Assembly: GCA_934613415.1 (NCBI GenBank)
Contig: CAKTSY010000002.1
Span: 240,001 to 272,000, forward strand
DNA: 32,000 bases
Direction: 5' to 3'
Source of the DNA: an uncultured Opitutales bacterium
Lineage (GTDB): Bacteria > Verrucomicrobiota > Verrucomicrobiia > Opitutales > Intestinicryptomonadaceae
Positions 1 to 8,293 of the stretch are shown here, in pieces (the stretch's first letter is position 1; each line of letters begins with the position of its first letter). The position numbers and the translations under genes are program-made. Under the pieces are notes generated by a model. It worked only from the letters and a program-made list of their open reading frames with translations, searched no databases and was not told the origin of the DNA.

Positions 1-1002
1 GAACTTCCCCAAAAAGCGCCGTCTACGGGCAAGAGGGTTGCGGTTATCGGTTGCGGGCCCGCAGGTATTACGGCGGCGGCAACCCTTGCAATTTCGGGGC
101 ACGAAGTTGAGGTTTTTGAAGCTTTGCATTTGCCAGGCGGTGTGCTTAGCTACGGCATTCCCCAATTTAGGCTTCCCAAAAGCATTGTAATGTACGAGGT
201 AGAGCAAATTAAAAAGCTTGGCGTAAAAGTACACCTAGACTATTTAGTAGGCAGAATGAAAACCGTTGAAGAACTTATGAAAGAACTTAAGTTCGACGCC
301 GTATTTATAGGTTCGGGCGCGGGGTTGCCGCAGTTTATGCACATCGAGGGCGAAAGCAGTGTCGGCGTATTTTCGGCAAACGAATTCCTTACAAGGTTTA
401 ACCTTATGAAGGCGTATAATTTCCCCGAATTTGGCACAACACCAATAAGGGCAAAGCACATAGTAACCGTAGGCGGCGGCAACGTTGCAATGGATTCGTG
501 TAGAACGGCTCTTAGAATAGGGGCAAAGTCTACTTTGGTATACAGAAGGGCAAGAGAGCAAATGCCAGCTCGCGCCGAAGAGGTTCACCACGCCGAGCAA
601 GAAGGCGTAAATTTTAGCCTTTTAACCAATCCCAAAAGGATTATCGCCGACGAACACGGCAGGGTAAAGGCAATAGAGTGCATAAAAATGGAGCTTAGCG
701 AGCCGGACGCTTCGGGCAGGCAAAAACCGGTAGAAATACCCGGCAGCGAATTCCAGATAGAGTGCGACGCCGTTGTAATTTCTATCGGCAACAAGCCAAA
801 CCCGCTTATTCCGATGACTTGCAAAAACCTTGCAACAACGCCCAAAGGCACCTTGCAGGTAGATCCGGAAACTTTGCAGACCTCTATGGAGGGCGTATAT
901 GCGGGAGGCGACGTTGTAAGCGGGGCCGCAACCGTAATTAGCGCAATGGGGCAGGCAAAGAAAGCTTCGGCAAACATAAACGCGTATTTGGCTTCTAAAT
1001 AA
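1..1002 (+). CDS. NADPH-dependent glutamate synthase small-subunit-like (GltD family) pyridine-nucleotide oxidoreductase; 5' end lies outside the window
   Basis: Frame 1 is open from base 1; the track starts at an internal Met at 124. The upstream in-frame translation reads KRVAVIGCGPAGITAAA (GxGxxG), and a second dinucleotide motif VTVGGGNVAMD follows. The C-terminal GGDVVSGAATVISAMGQAKKAS is typical of GltD-like proteins. Stop TAA at 1000-1002. Confidence 0.8.
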   Translation, partial: ELPQKAPSTGKRVAVIGCGPAGITAAATLAISGHEVEVFEALHLPGGVLSYGIPQFRLPKSIVMYEVEQIKKLGVKVHLDYLVGRMKTVEELMKELKFDAVFIGSGAGLPQFMHIEGESSVGVFSANEFLTRFNLMKAYNFPEFGTTPIRAKHIVTVGGGNVAMDSCRTALRIGAKSTLVYRRAREQMPARAEEVHHAEQEGVNFSLLTNPKRIIADEHGRVKAIECIKMELSEPDASGRQKPVEIPGSEFQIECDAVVISIGNKPNPLIPMTCKNLATTPKGTLQVDPETLQTSMEGVYAGGDVVSGAATVISAMGQAKKASANINAYLASK

Positions 1003-1776
1003 ATGCGCATACTAATCAGCAACGACGACGGCATTGGTTCGCCGTTTTTAAGAAGCACGGCCGCTGCGCTTTCCGAGTTGGGCGAAGTTAAAATTGTAGT
1101 TCCTTCGAAAGAGCAAAGCTGGATAGGCAGGGCGTTTTCGCGCCATGCCGAACTTAAGCACGAAAAGATAAACGACTTTTACGGCTTCGATTGCCATACA
1201 ATTAGCGGAACGCCCGCCGACTGCGTAAACATTGCAATAAACCATCTATACGAGCCCAACGCCAAGCCCGACTTGGTGTTTTCGGGCATAAATATAGGGC
1301 ATAATATCGCGTTTCCGCTTATACTAAGTTCTGGAACATTTGCCGCGGCAGTTGAGGGCGCGGGGCACTTAATACCGTCGTTTGCGGCGTCTTTCCAGCT
1401 AAGGAGCGAGTTTTACGAAATGTGCAGAATAAGGCACGAAAGCTCGCCCGACTTAGATCGCGAGTTGGGCGTAGTTTGCGAAAATTGCGCCGAGTTTGTC
1501 GGTTCTGTAATGCAGCGCAAAGACGAAATTAAAAAGGGCGACGTTTTCAATATAAACTATCCGTCAGAATACGACGGCTCGCCGGTTTGTATGTGCAAAA
1601 CTGCAAATATAAAGATGGAAAGTTTTTACAAAAAAAATGAAAGCGGCAACTTTGTGTTTAAGTATAAACTTGGCATGAAGCAAAAAAGCGCAAATTTCGA
1701 GCCTACCGATATAGATATGCTTTCGAATTCAAAAGCGTGCTGTTCTAGAATAAATATATTCGAATTTGCAAAATAG
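1003..1776 (+). CDS. surE: 5'/3'-nucleotidase SurE
   Basis: The N-terminus MRILISNDDGIGSPF matches the SurE signature. Its ATG directly abuts the upstream TAA. Length is 257 aa. Confidence 0.9.
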   Translation: MRILISNDDGIGSPFLRSTAAALSELGEVKIVVPSKEQSWIGRAFSRHAELKHEKINDFYGFDCHTISGTPADCVNIAINHLYEPNAKPDLVFSGINIGHNIAFPLILSSGTFAAAVEGAGHLIPSFAASFQLRSEFYEMCRIRHESSPDLDRELGVVCENCAEFVGSVMQRKDEIKKGDVFNINYPSEYDGSPVCMCKTANIKMESFYKKNESGNFVFKYKLGMKQKSANFEPTDIDMLSNSKACCSRINIFEFAK

Positions 1777-2515
1777 TTTTTTTGTGAAGGCTTTAATAAA
1801 GGGCTTTTTGGATTTGTTGTTTGCCCGCAGGTGTTTGGCGTGCGGCAAGGTAAACCCGAAAGGCCCTTTTTTGTATCTGTGCAAAGACTGCGCCGAAACG
1901 CTAGATTTAAATTTAAACGCAAGGTGCCTGCGCTGTTGCGAGCCTTTAATAGGTTCAGCCAAAGACAGTACCGACACTTGCGTAAAATGTTTCGGCACAA
2001 AATTTTATTTCGAAAAAAGTTGGTGCGCCTGTCTTTACAAAGGGGCTGCCTGCGAATTGGTAAAAGAGCTAAAATACCATAAAGGCCTGTATGTTTTGCC
2101 CGACGTTGCAAAAATTTTTGCGCAAAATTCGGGATATTTTGAATTTGTAGACAACGCCTACTTAGTGCCTGTTCCATTGCACGGCAAAAGGCTTAAAAAG
2201 CGCGGCTACAATCAAAGTCGCAAAATTGCCGAAATTTTGGCAAAGCAAAACCCGTCTATTAGGGGCGTATTAGATTTGCTTGCAAGGATAAAAGATACCC
2301 CAACACAGACAATGCTAGACCGCCAAAACAGGGTGCAAAATGTAAAAAACGCCTTCGCCGTAAAGGAAAATGCGCTTTGTGATAAAAATGCAAAATTGGT
2401 TTTGCTAGACGATGTTATGACAACTGGAGCGACCCTTAACGAGTGCGCAAAAACCCTTAAAAAGGCAGGTTATAAGAACATATCGGCAATGTGTTTTTCA
2501 AAAAGGGCGCTTTAG
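1766..2515 (+). CDS. comF: ComF family protein / amidophosphoribosyltransferase-like
   Basis: N-terminal Cys pairs (CLACG, CKDC, CLRC, CVKC) form a zinc-finger-like region. The C-terminal PRTase motif is LVLLDDVMTTGATL. The track start at 1766 is TTG and overlaps surE by 11 nt; in-frame GTG at 1784 is an alternative start. Confidence 0.8.
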   Translation: MQNSFFVKALIKGFLDLLFARRCLACGKVNPKGPFLYLCKDCAETLDLNLNARCLRCCEPLIGSAKDSTDTCVKCFGTKFYFEKSWCACLYKGAACELVKELKYHKGLYVLPDVAKIFAQNSGYFEFVDNAYLVPVPLHGKRLKKRGYNQSRKIAEILAKQNPSIRGVLDLLARIKDTPTQTMLDRQNRVQNVKNAFAVKENALCDKNAKLVLLDDVMTTGATLNECAKTLKKAGYKNISAMCFSKRAL

Positions 2516-2536
2516 CTTTTTTATGTTAAGGCAAAT

Positions 2537-2563
2537 AAAAACGCCCCAAAAATATTCGGGGCG
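2537..2563. terminator. Intrinsic terminator hairpin between convergent comF and the TPR gene
   Basis: The stem cgcccc (2542-2547) pairs with ggggcg (2558-2563) around a 10-nt loop. On the minus strand it is followed immediately by a T-run (plus-strand aaaaa, 2537-2541). On the plus strand the T-run is 6 nt away, so it fits the minus-strand operon better. Confidence 0.5.
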
Positions 2564-2574
2564 CATAACGTTTT

Positions 2575-3240
2575 TTACTTTAAGTTTTTTAAGTTTTCCA
2601 GATTCAGGGCTTTTGCCTCTTCAAAAATTTCGCCTTCGCGTATCTTTGCCTTATATAAATATTCCCTTAAAATATTGTAGGTAAACTTATATTGTCCGAG
2701 TTTATAAAAGGCTTTTGCGTCGTATAAATAGGCGCGACTTGCCCAATATTCCAGCTTGTAATACAAAACGTATACGCGCTCAAAATAGGGGTGCGCTTTA
2801 AGATATTCTTTTTGGTCGTAGTACGAAAGCCCCGTTTTATACAAAGCCTGCGCCTGAATTGCGCCCGAGTAGTGCTTGTCTAGCGCAACTTTTAGGTAAA
2901 AACTTCTGGCTTCTTCGTATTTGCCTGCAAAACGCAGAACATCGCCTCGCAAAATCAAAATTGCCCAGCGTTCAAAAACCTTTTCGGGGGCAAGTTTTAC
3001 CGCCTGTTGCGAAAGGTATAGGGCATTTTCGTAGTCCTTTTCGTCTAGCTTATTAAGGGCCAATTCGTAGTTTTTGCAGGCGGCGTTCCAGCTTAAAATT
3101 TCTTCGCCGCTAAGCGAAACCGAGCCGTCTGGCGTCGAAATTTTTGGTCTGTGGCTCGGGTTGCTTAGGTCGAAGCTATATTCTTGCGCCGCAAGCGAAA
3201 ACGTCGCCAAAAGCATTATAAAATTTATTAAAATTTTCAT
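2575..3240 (-). CDS. Secreted TPR-repeat protein
   Basis: It has an N-terminal signal peptide, MKILINFIMLLATFSLAAQE. Repeated A/Y/L-rich 34-aa-like helical repeats follow (ALYLSQQAVKLAP, YEEARSFYLKVAL, EYLKAHPYFERVY, AKAFYKLGQY). Its ATG overlaps the dus stop in an ATGA at 3237-3240. Confidence 0.7.
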   Translation of the reverse strand: MKILINFIMLLATFSLAAQEYSFDLSNPSHRPKISTPDGSVSLSGEEILSWNAACKNYELALNKLDEKDYENALYLSQQAVKLAPEKVFERWAILILRGDVLRFAGKYEEARSFYLKVALDKHYSGAIQAQALYKTGLSYYDQKEYLKAHPYFERVYVLYYKLEYWASRAYLYDAKAFYKLGQYKFTYNILREYLYKAKIREGEIFEEAKALNLENLKNLK

Positions 3241-4187
3241 AGTTTTTCGTTGTATATTAGATTTGTAATTTCTTCAAATGTTTCGCATTTTAGCAAATTT
3301 ATGCGAATTTGCTTAAAGCCGCGCGCGCCCTTTAAAAATTTAACTATTTGCGCTTTTAGGTGCGTTAGCTTCGATTTTGTCATCTCAAAAGAATCGCGTT
3401 CGCATTGTATAAGATAATCTTTGGCAAGCATTAAAGCCGCCTTTTCGGGCGGGGGGCAAAATTCGGCATTGTTTATTTTGGCTTTTACTTTTTCAAAAAC
3501 CCACGGATCTATAAGGGCGGCTCTGCCAATCATAAAACCATAGCATTTAGAATGTTGCAAAAATTCTGCGCTAAGTTTTTCTACCGAGCCATTTCCTATA
3601 AGCGGCACTTTGCAAATCTCGGCGCATTCTTCTATAATGTCCCAGTCGGCAGGGCCAGTATACCCTTGTTTTGCGGTTCTGCCGTGAAGGGTTATCATCT
3701 TTGCCCCAGCCTTTGCAAGCTCTGGTATAACATCTTTGGCTATAATGTGTTGCGAGTCGAACCCCGTGCGCATTTTAGCCGTAAGAGGCGTTTTTTTAAG
3801 CGCGCTTGAAACAGTTTTTATTATCTGCACCATCTTTTCGGGTGTCTTTAAAAGGGCAGCCCCCGCATTTGCGCCAACCGCGTTTTGGGCGGGGCAGCCA
3901 AAATTTATGTCTATAAAAGCCGGGGCAAAATTCTCCTCTATATACAGCGCGCATTCGGCGATTTTTTCGGGCTGGCTGCCGAAAATCTGAATGCCGTTAA
4001 TCCCCTCGTTTTCGGCCTGTCTTAGCCTTTCTAAAACGGGAATTGCCCCGCTTAAAACGGCGTTGCTGTGCACAAACTCGCTTATCGAAAAGTCGGCGCC
4101 CATCGACTTTAAAAGCCTGCGGTAGGCAGCGTCGCTATAGCCCGCCATTGGGGCTAAAAACAGACAGTTTTTAAAGAGGAAATCCAT
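3237..4187 (-). CDS. dus: tRNA-dihydrouridine synthase
   Basis: Motifs seen are LAPMAGYSDAAYRRL, INFGCPA (catalytic Cys) and TLHGRTAKQ. Length is 316 aa. Confidence 0.9.
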   Translation of the reverse strand: MDFLFKNCLFLAPMAGYSDAAYRRLLKSMGADFSISEFVHSNAVLSGAIPVLERLRQAENEGINGIQIFGSQPEKIAECALYIEENFAPAFIDINFGCPAQNAVGANAGAALLKTPEKMVQIIKTVSSALKKTPLTAKMRTGFDSQHIIAKDVIPELAKAGAKMITLHGRTAKQGYTGPADWDIIEECAEICKVPLIGNGSVEKLSAEFLQHSKCYGFMIGRAALIDPWVFEKVKAKINNAEFCPPPEKAALMLAKDYLIQCERDSFEMTKSKLTHLKAQIVKFLKGARGFKQIRINLLKCETFEEITNLIYNEKL

Positions 4188-4190
4188 CGG

Positions 4191-4826
4191 CTAAAATTCC
4201 ACATAGCCGCAAAGCAGTTTTATTATAAACACCCCTATGTTATAGCTTAGGTGCGCTACAATTGGCGGCAAAAGCGAATGCGTTTTGTTTAACTTGTTAA
4301 AGCGCATAAAGTAAAAGAAAAGCGAGTTTATAAATATAAACGCCGTAGAAAACAACGCTTTGCCTGTAAAGTTAAGCGAAAAGTTTGCAAGCGAAATTGC
4401 CTGTGCGTTTTCGGGTATGCTATAGTCCCACAAAAAGGGGTGCATTAGGGCGAATAAAAGCGAGAACGCAAAAATAGAGGCATATAAGGCAATTTTGCCT
4501 TTGTTTTGTACAACCAAGTAGCCCCTAAAAACAAGCTCTTCTATAAAGGCTGCCGATACCCACGAAAATATCGCAAAAGCCCCCACTTTGCTTTGTTGGT
4601 CGGCGAAACCAAATTTACTTTCCAAAACGGTTTGGGCAAAAAGCAGCGCAATTGCCCCAGTGGCCGCCAAGCACAAGGCAGCCTTCGGCGCAAACGAAGC
4701 CCCCGCAAAAGAGCCCTTTTTTTGCGAGCCGTTTTTTTTGAAATACTTTGCGTCGTCTACCCACATTTTAAACAAATACAGGCAGGCGGCAAAAAACAAA
4801 ATGGAATATACAGTATTGTCCTGCAT
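4191..4826 (-). CDS. CPBP family intramembrane glutamic endopeptidase (CAAX protease / Abi family)
   Basis: It is a polytopic protein with the three CPBP motifs: EELVFRGYL (EExxxR), FALMHP (FxxxH) and AHLSYN (HxxxN). The track start at 4862 is TTG, so I prefer the in-frame ATG at 4826. Its stop lies 3 nt upstream of the dus start. Confidence 0.75.
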   Translation of the reverse strand: MQDNTVYSILFFAACLYLFKMWVDDAKYFKKNGSQKKGSFAGASFAPKAALCLAATGAIALLFAQTVLESKFGFADQQSKVGAFAIFSWVSAAFIEELVFRGYLVVQNKGKIALYASIFAFSLLFALMHPFLWDYSIPENAQAISLANFSLNFTGKALFSTAFIFINSLFFYFMRFNKLNKTHSLLPPIVAHLSYNIGVFIIKLLCGYVEF

Positions 4827-4870
4827 AGGACAAATAACAGCATAAGATTTTCGAAAATTCAATTTTTTAA

Positions 4871-4897
4871 TTGCAAGAAATGCGCGTATGCTAAAAT
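4871..4897 (+). promoter_or_regulatory. Possible sigma70-like promoter for the polyprenyl synthase-hemA pair
   Basis: TTGCAA (4871-4876), a 15-nt spacer, then TAAAAT (4892-4897). It sits only about 12 nt upstream of the ATG at 4909, which would give a very short leader. The spacer is suboptimal. Confidence 0.25.
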
Positions 4898-4908
4898 ATT
4901 AAATCTAT

Positions 4909-5871
4909 ATGGAAATCGCAGCAGACGCTTTAAAAAGTTTTACCGCGACAATGTCTAAACAGTTGTCGGCATATAGGCGTACTTTGGCTTTGCAGGCAAC
5001 CGCTTTCGACAGGAAGCTTAAAAAATACGCGGGCGATTCCATTTCAACAAAAGGCAAATCTATTAGGCCAATGTTGGTTTTTGCGTCGTCGTGGGGTGTT
5101 AATCCGTCTAAAACTGTTTTAAACAGGGCGTGCGCGGTAGAGCTTATACACCTGGCAAGCCTTATACACGACGACATTATCGACAACGCAATGCTTAGGC
5201 GCAACGAGCCTACTATGTTTAAAAAATACGGGGTAAAATTGTCGCTTTTATTGGGAGATGCAATTTTTGCCCATGCAATGTCCATTATGGCAAGCGATAC
5301 CGCCGAAGTTCAAAAAAAGGGCGTGTTGGCGGTAAAAACCCTTTGCGAGGGCGAAATAATACAAAGCATTTTCGACGCCGACAAAAAAACTTCGTTCGAC
5401 GACTATTACGATATTATCGACAAAAAAACGGCGGTGCTGTTTAAGCTTGCCTGCTATTTTGGCGGTATTGCCAATGGCGACAAAAAGTGGGCGTTATGCG
5501 CCGAAAAGGCGGGGCGCGAAATGGGTATGGCATACCAGATTTTCGACGATATTTGCGACTGGATTGCAACCGAAAGCAACGGCGGCAAAACCACAGGCAC
5601 CGACTTGCTTTCGGGCAAGCGCACATTGCCTATTTTGCTGCTGGAAAAATGCGCTTCGCAAAAAGACAGGAAACTGCTTTTTGCCTATATAAAAGATTGC
5701 GATTCGGATTCGGTGAAATCGCTTTTTTGCGACTACAACATTTTAGAGCAGTGCCGCCAGCAGTTCGACGCAAAGCTTGCCGCGGCAAAGAAGGCTGTTT
5801 TAAAGTTCGACACCCCCACCGCCGCAAAAATGGCCGAGTTTTGCGACGCCTTGTCGGGATTGCTGGTATAG
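4909..5871 (+). CDS. Polyprenyl diphosphate synthase (trans-isoprenyl diphosphate synthase family)
   Basis: The first Asp-rich motif is LIHDDIIDN and the second is QIFDDICDW. GKTTGTDLLSGKRTLPILL is also present. Length is 320 aa. Product chain length cannot be read from the sequence. Confidence 0.85.
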   Translation: MEIAADALKSFTATMSKQLSAYRRTLALQATAFDRKLKKYAGDSISTKGKSIRPMLVFASSWGVNPSKTVLNRACAVELIHLASLIHDDIIDNAMLRRNEPTMFKKYGVKLSLLLGDAIFAHAMSIMASDTAEVQKKGVLAVKTLCEGEIIQSIFDADKKTSFDDYYDIIDKKTAVLFKLACYFGGIANGDKKWALCAEKAGREMGMAYQIFDDICDWIATESNGGKTTGTDLLSGKRTLPILLLEKCASQKDRKLLFAYIKDCDSDSVKSLFCDYNILEQCRQQFDAKLAAAKKAVLKFDTPTAAKMAEFCDALSGLLV

Positions 5872-5872
5872 T

Positions 5873-6898
5873 ATGAAGAGTTTCGGTGCAATAGGCGTTT
5901 CCTACAAAACTGCGCCGAACGAAATTTTGGCGCAGCTTTCGCTTAAGGGCGAAAGGCTTTTGTTTGCCGACAAAGCTTTCGAAAAAGCGGGCATTTGCGA
6001 ATTTGCGATAGTTTCTACCTGCAATAGGGTAGAGTTTTATTTTGCAGATACTTCTCAGGAAATATTTGAAAAGGTATGGAATGCTTTGGGCGAAATCTAC
6101 GCCGAAAATACGGAAATTTTCAGGGAACATTCCAAAGAATATTTCGGGCAAAGCGCGGTAATGCACATCTTTGAAGTGGCTAGCGGCATAGATTCAGAAT
6201 TGGCTGGCGAAACCGAAATTTTAGGGCAGCTAAAATCGGCATATTCTGCCTACCACGAAAAGGGACACTGCAAACTTGTTCTAAACAAAGTATTCCAAAA
6301 TGCCATACACGTCGGCAAATGGATTCGCGCAAATACGCAAATTGGGGCGGGCAAAATCACAATAGGCGCGGTTGCGGCCGAACTTGCAGCCAGAATTTTC
6401 GACGATGTAAAAAAGGCCGACATTCTGCTTTTGGGCTCGGGGCAAGTAGGGCAAGATGTAGCGCAATCCATATCCGTAAGGGGCGGCGGCATTTTGGCGG
6501 TGGCAAGTCGCTCGTTTGAAAATGCCCTTAAGGTTTGCGTAAATTCGGGCTCGTTTGCCTTGCCGCTAGAAAACGCTTTGCAGGACTTGTCTAGATGGGA
6601 CATAATAATTTGCGCAATGGCGCTTGAAAGCCCGATACTGCTTGCCGACAATCTAAAAAAGGCAATGCAAAACAGAAAAAAGCCGCTGTTTATAATCGAC
6701 TTGGGAATGCCCAAAAACGCCGAGGCATTGTGCTCTAAAATAGACGGCGTGTATATGTACGACCTAAGCGACCTTTCCAGAATTTCGAACGAAAACAGAA
6801 TGTACCTTGAAGGCGAAATTGCCGAGGCGAAAATAGAATTGCAGTCGCGCAGCGAAAGCCTATGCCGGCGTTTGTTCGGCAATACCGAAAATCTCTGA
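5873..6898 (+). CDS. hemA: Glutamyl-tRNA reductase (short form)
   Basis: The catalytic motif is VSTCNRVEFY and the NADPH motif is LLLGSGQVGQDVA. N-terminal GVSYKTAP is present. The ATG lies 1 nt after the upstream TAG. At 341 aa it is about 80 aa shorter than the E. coli enzyme. Confidence 0.85.
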   Translation: MKSFGAIGVSYKTAPNEILAQLSLKGERLLFADKAFEKAGICEFAIVSTCNRVEFYFADTSQEIFEKVWNALGEIYAENTEIFREHSKEYFGQSAVMHIFEVASGIDSELAGETEILGQLKSAYSAYHEKGHCKLVLNKVFQNAIHVGKWIRANTQIGAGKITIGAVAAELAARIFDDVKKADILLLGSGQVGQDVAQSISVRGGGILAVASRSFENALKVCVNSGSFALPLENALQDLSRWDIIICAMALESPILLADNLKKAMQNRKKPLFIIDLGMPKNAEALCSKIDGVYMYDLSDLSRISNENRMYLEGEIAEAKIELQSRSESLCRRLFGNTENL

Positions 6899-7606
6899 GC
6901 CGAATTTTGTAAGAGTTTTGTCTAGTCTTTTTGCGTTTGGACAAAACGAATTTAAATACATCCAAAACGAAACGGAGTGGTCCATAAACTTTTCGTGCGC
7001 AAGCTCGTGGCAAATAACATAGTTTTGCAAATCTTCGCTTAAAAGCGCAATGCGCCAGTTAAACGAAAGCGTGCCGCTAGACGATCTCGAAGCCCAGCGG
7101 CTTTTTTGCGAGCGTATTTCTATGCGCTTAAAGGGAATGTTTAAAGCTTTTGCCTTTTCGCAGGCTGCATATTGCACGGCCTTTTTTGCAAAACAAATAA
7201 AAAGTCTTTCAAGCTCAAAATCGTTTTGGTATGCAAACAAAATTTCGCCTGCAGCCAATTTTTCTATTACAGTGCTTAGCGTTTCGCTTTTTTCGGTTTT
7301 TAAAATATGGTTTTTGCCGAATGCAAAAATGCAATTTTGCCTTTTTAGATATTGCGCCAAGCTTTGCTTTGGCTGGCATTGCGAAAGCTTTTGGGCTATC
7401 CAATTTGCGTTTTCCAAAAAAAACTCGTGTGCTTTTGCAAGCGAAACGTAGCTTGGCTTTGTGATAAAAACTTCGCCGTTTTTCGAAACCGAAATTTTTA
7501 TGTGCGTGCTGTGCGCCGAATTTTTTACCGTTGCCGAAATCCTTACGGGAATGTCTCCCGTAAAAACTTCGGTCGAAAAAATTTTTGTGCTACTGCTTTG
7601 GGGCAT
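6860..7606 (-). CDS. YgjP-like (DUF45 / M48-related) HExxH metal-dependent hydrolase
   Basis: The motif VICHELAHEKFMDHSVSFW (HExxH followed by H) is typical of DUF45. Length is 248 aa. The 3' end overlaps the hemA 3' end convergently by 39 nt. The ATG at 7604-7606 lies inside the mazG 3' end. Confidence 0.8.
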   Translation of the reverse strand: MPQSSSTKIFSTEVFTGDIPVRISATVKNSAHSTHIKISVSKNGEVFITKPSYVSLAKAHEFFLENANWIAQKLSQCQPKQSLAQYLKRQNCIFAFGKNHILKTEKSETLSTVIEKLAAGEILFAYQNDFELERLFICFAKKAVQYAACEKAKALNIPFKRIEIRSQKSRWASRSSSGTLSFNWRIALLSEDLQNYVICHELAHEKFMDHSVSFWMYLNSFCPNAKRLDKTLTKFGSEIFGIAEQTPA

Positions 7607-8192
7607 TGTTCCTTAAAAGCGAAATGTAGTCTCGCAAGGCTCCCTCGGGTTCTACCGAATTTTTTACGGCTTCTAGCACTGCATCGTAAATCTTTTTGCC
7701 GGCAATTTGCGAAGTGGTTTCGGGCGTTGCCGAAAGCTCCGGCAAATTTTTTGCAACTTCCCTTGCCATTCTAATGGCGGAAATGTCGGGCTTTATTTTG
7801 TCGAAGGGGCTTTGTTTGCGAAGGGGTTTTTCCTCTTTTTTTACCTTGTCCCAAATTTTAAGCACGTCGTTTTCGCTTTCGGCGTGTTCTGTGCCGAAAA
7901 CGTGCGGGTGCCTGCGCACAAGCTTTTCGGCAAGCTCGTTTGCTACATCGTTAAAATTAAAAAGCTTTTGTTCATCGGCAATTTCGCAGTGCAAAAGAAT
8001 GTGCATTAAAATATCGCCCAATTCCTCGCGCATATTCGGGTAGTCTTTTTTGTCGATGGCGTCGAGCAACTCGGCGCATTCTTCTACAAGGTGGCCTCTT
8101 ACCGATTCGTGGGTTTGTTTTCTGTCCCACGGGCAGCCGTCGGGGGCGCGCAGTTTCTTTATTATCTTAACAAGTTTGTCTACCGATTCCAT
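7590..8192 (-). CDS. mazG: MazG-type nucleoside triphosphate pyrophosphohydrolase (single MazG domain)
   Basis: Motifs seen are APDGCPWDRKQTHESV, EECAELLDAI and EELGDILMHILL. The track start at 8216 is TTG, so I prefer ATG at 8192 (MESVDKL). The stop TAG at 7590-7592 overlaps the downstream gene by 17 nt. Confidence 0.85.
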   Translation of the reverse strand: MESVDKLVKIIKKLRAPDGCPWDRKQTHESVRGHLVEECAELLDAIDKKDYPNMREELGDILMHILLHCEIADEQKLFNFNDVANELAEKLVRRHPHVFGTEHAESENDVLKIWDKVKKEEKPLRKQSPFDKIKPDISAIRMAREVAKNLPELSATPETTSQIAGKKIYDAVLEAVKNSVEPEGALRDYISLLRNNAPKQ

Positions 8193-8293
8193 CTTCTTTA
8201 TTAAAAATTTTAGCAAAATATAAAACGGGCAACGGAGTTTTTAAAGCAAAAATTAAATTGCTTTTACTTAGCATATTCTTTGAATTTTTACAG

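Noticed and set aside
585-6882. Other long antisense ORFs: 585-1058, 1626-2177, 5630-6166 and 6250-6882, plus 17549-18118 further on.
   Set aside because: Each is nested opposite a confidently identified gene (gltD-like/surE, comF, polyprenyl synthase/hemA, leuS) and has no motif, signal peptide or plausible start context. Their abundance reflects stop-codon depletion in the antisense frames, not overlapping genes.
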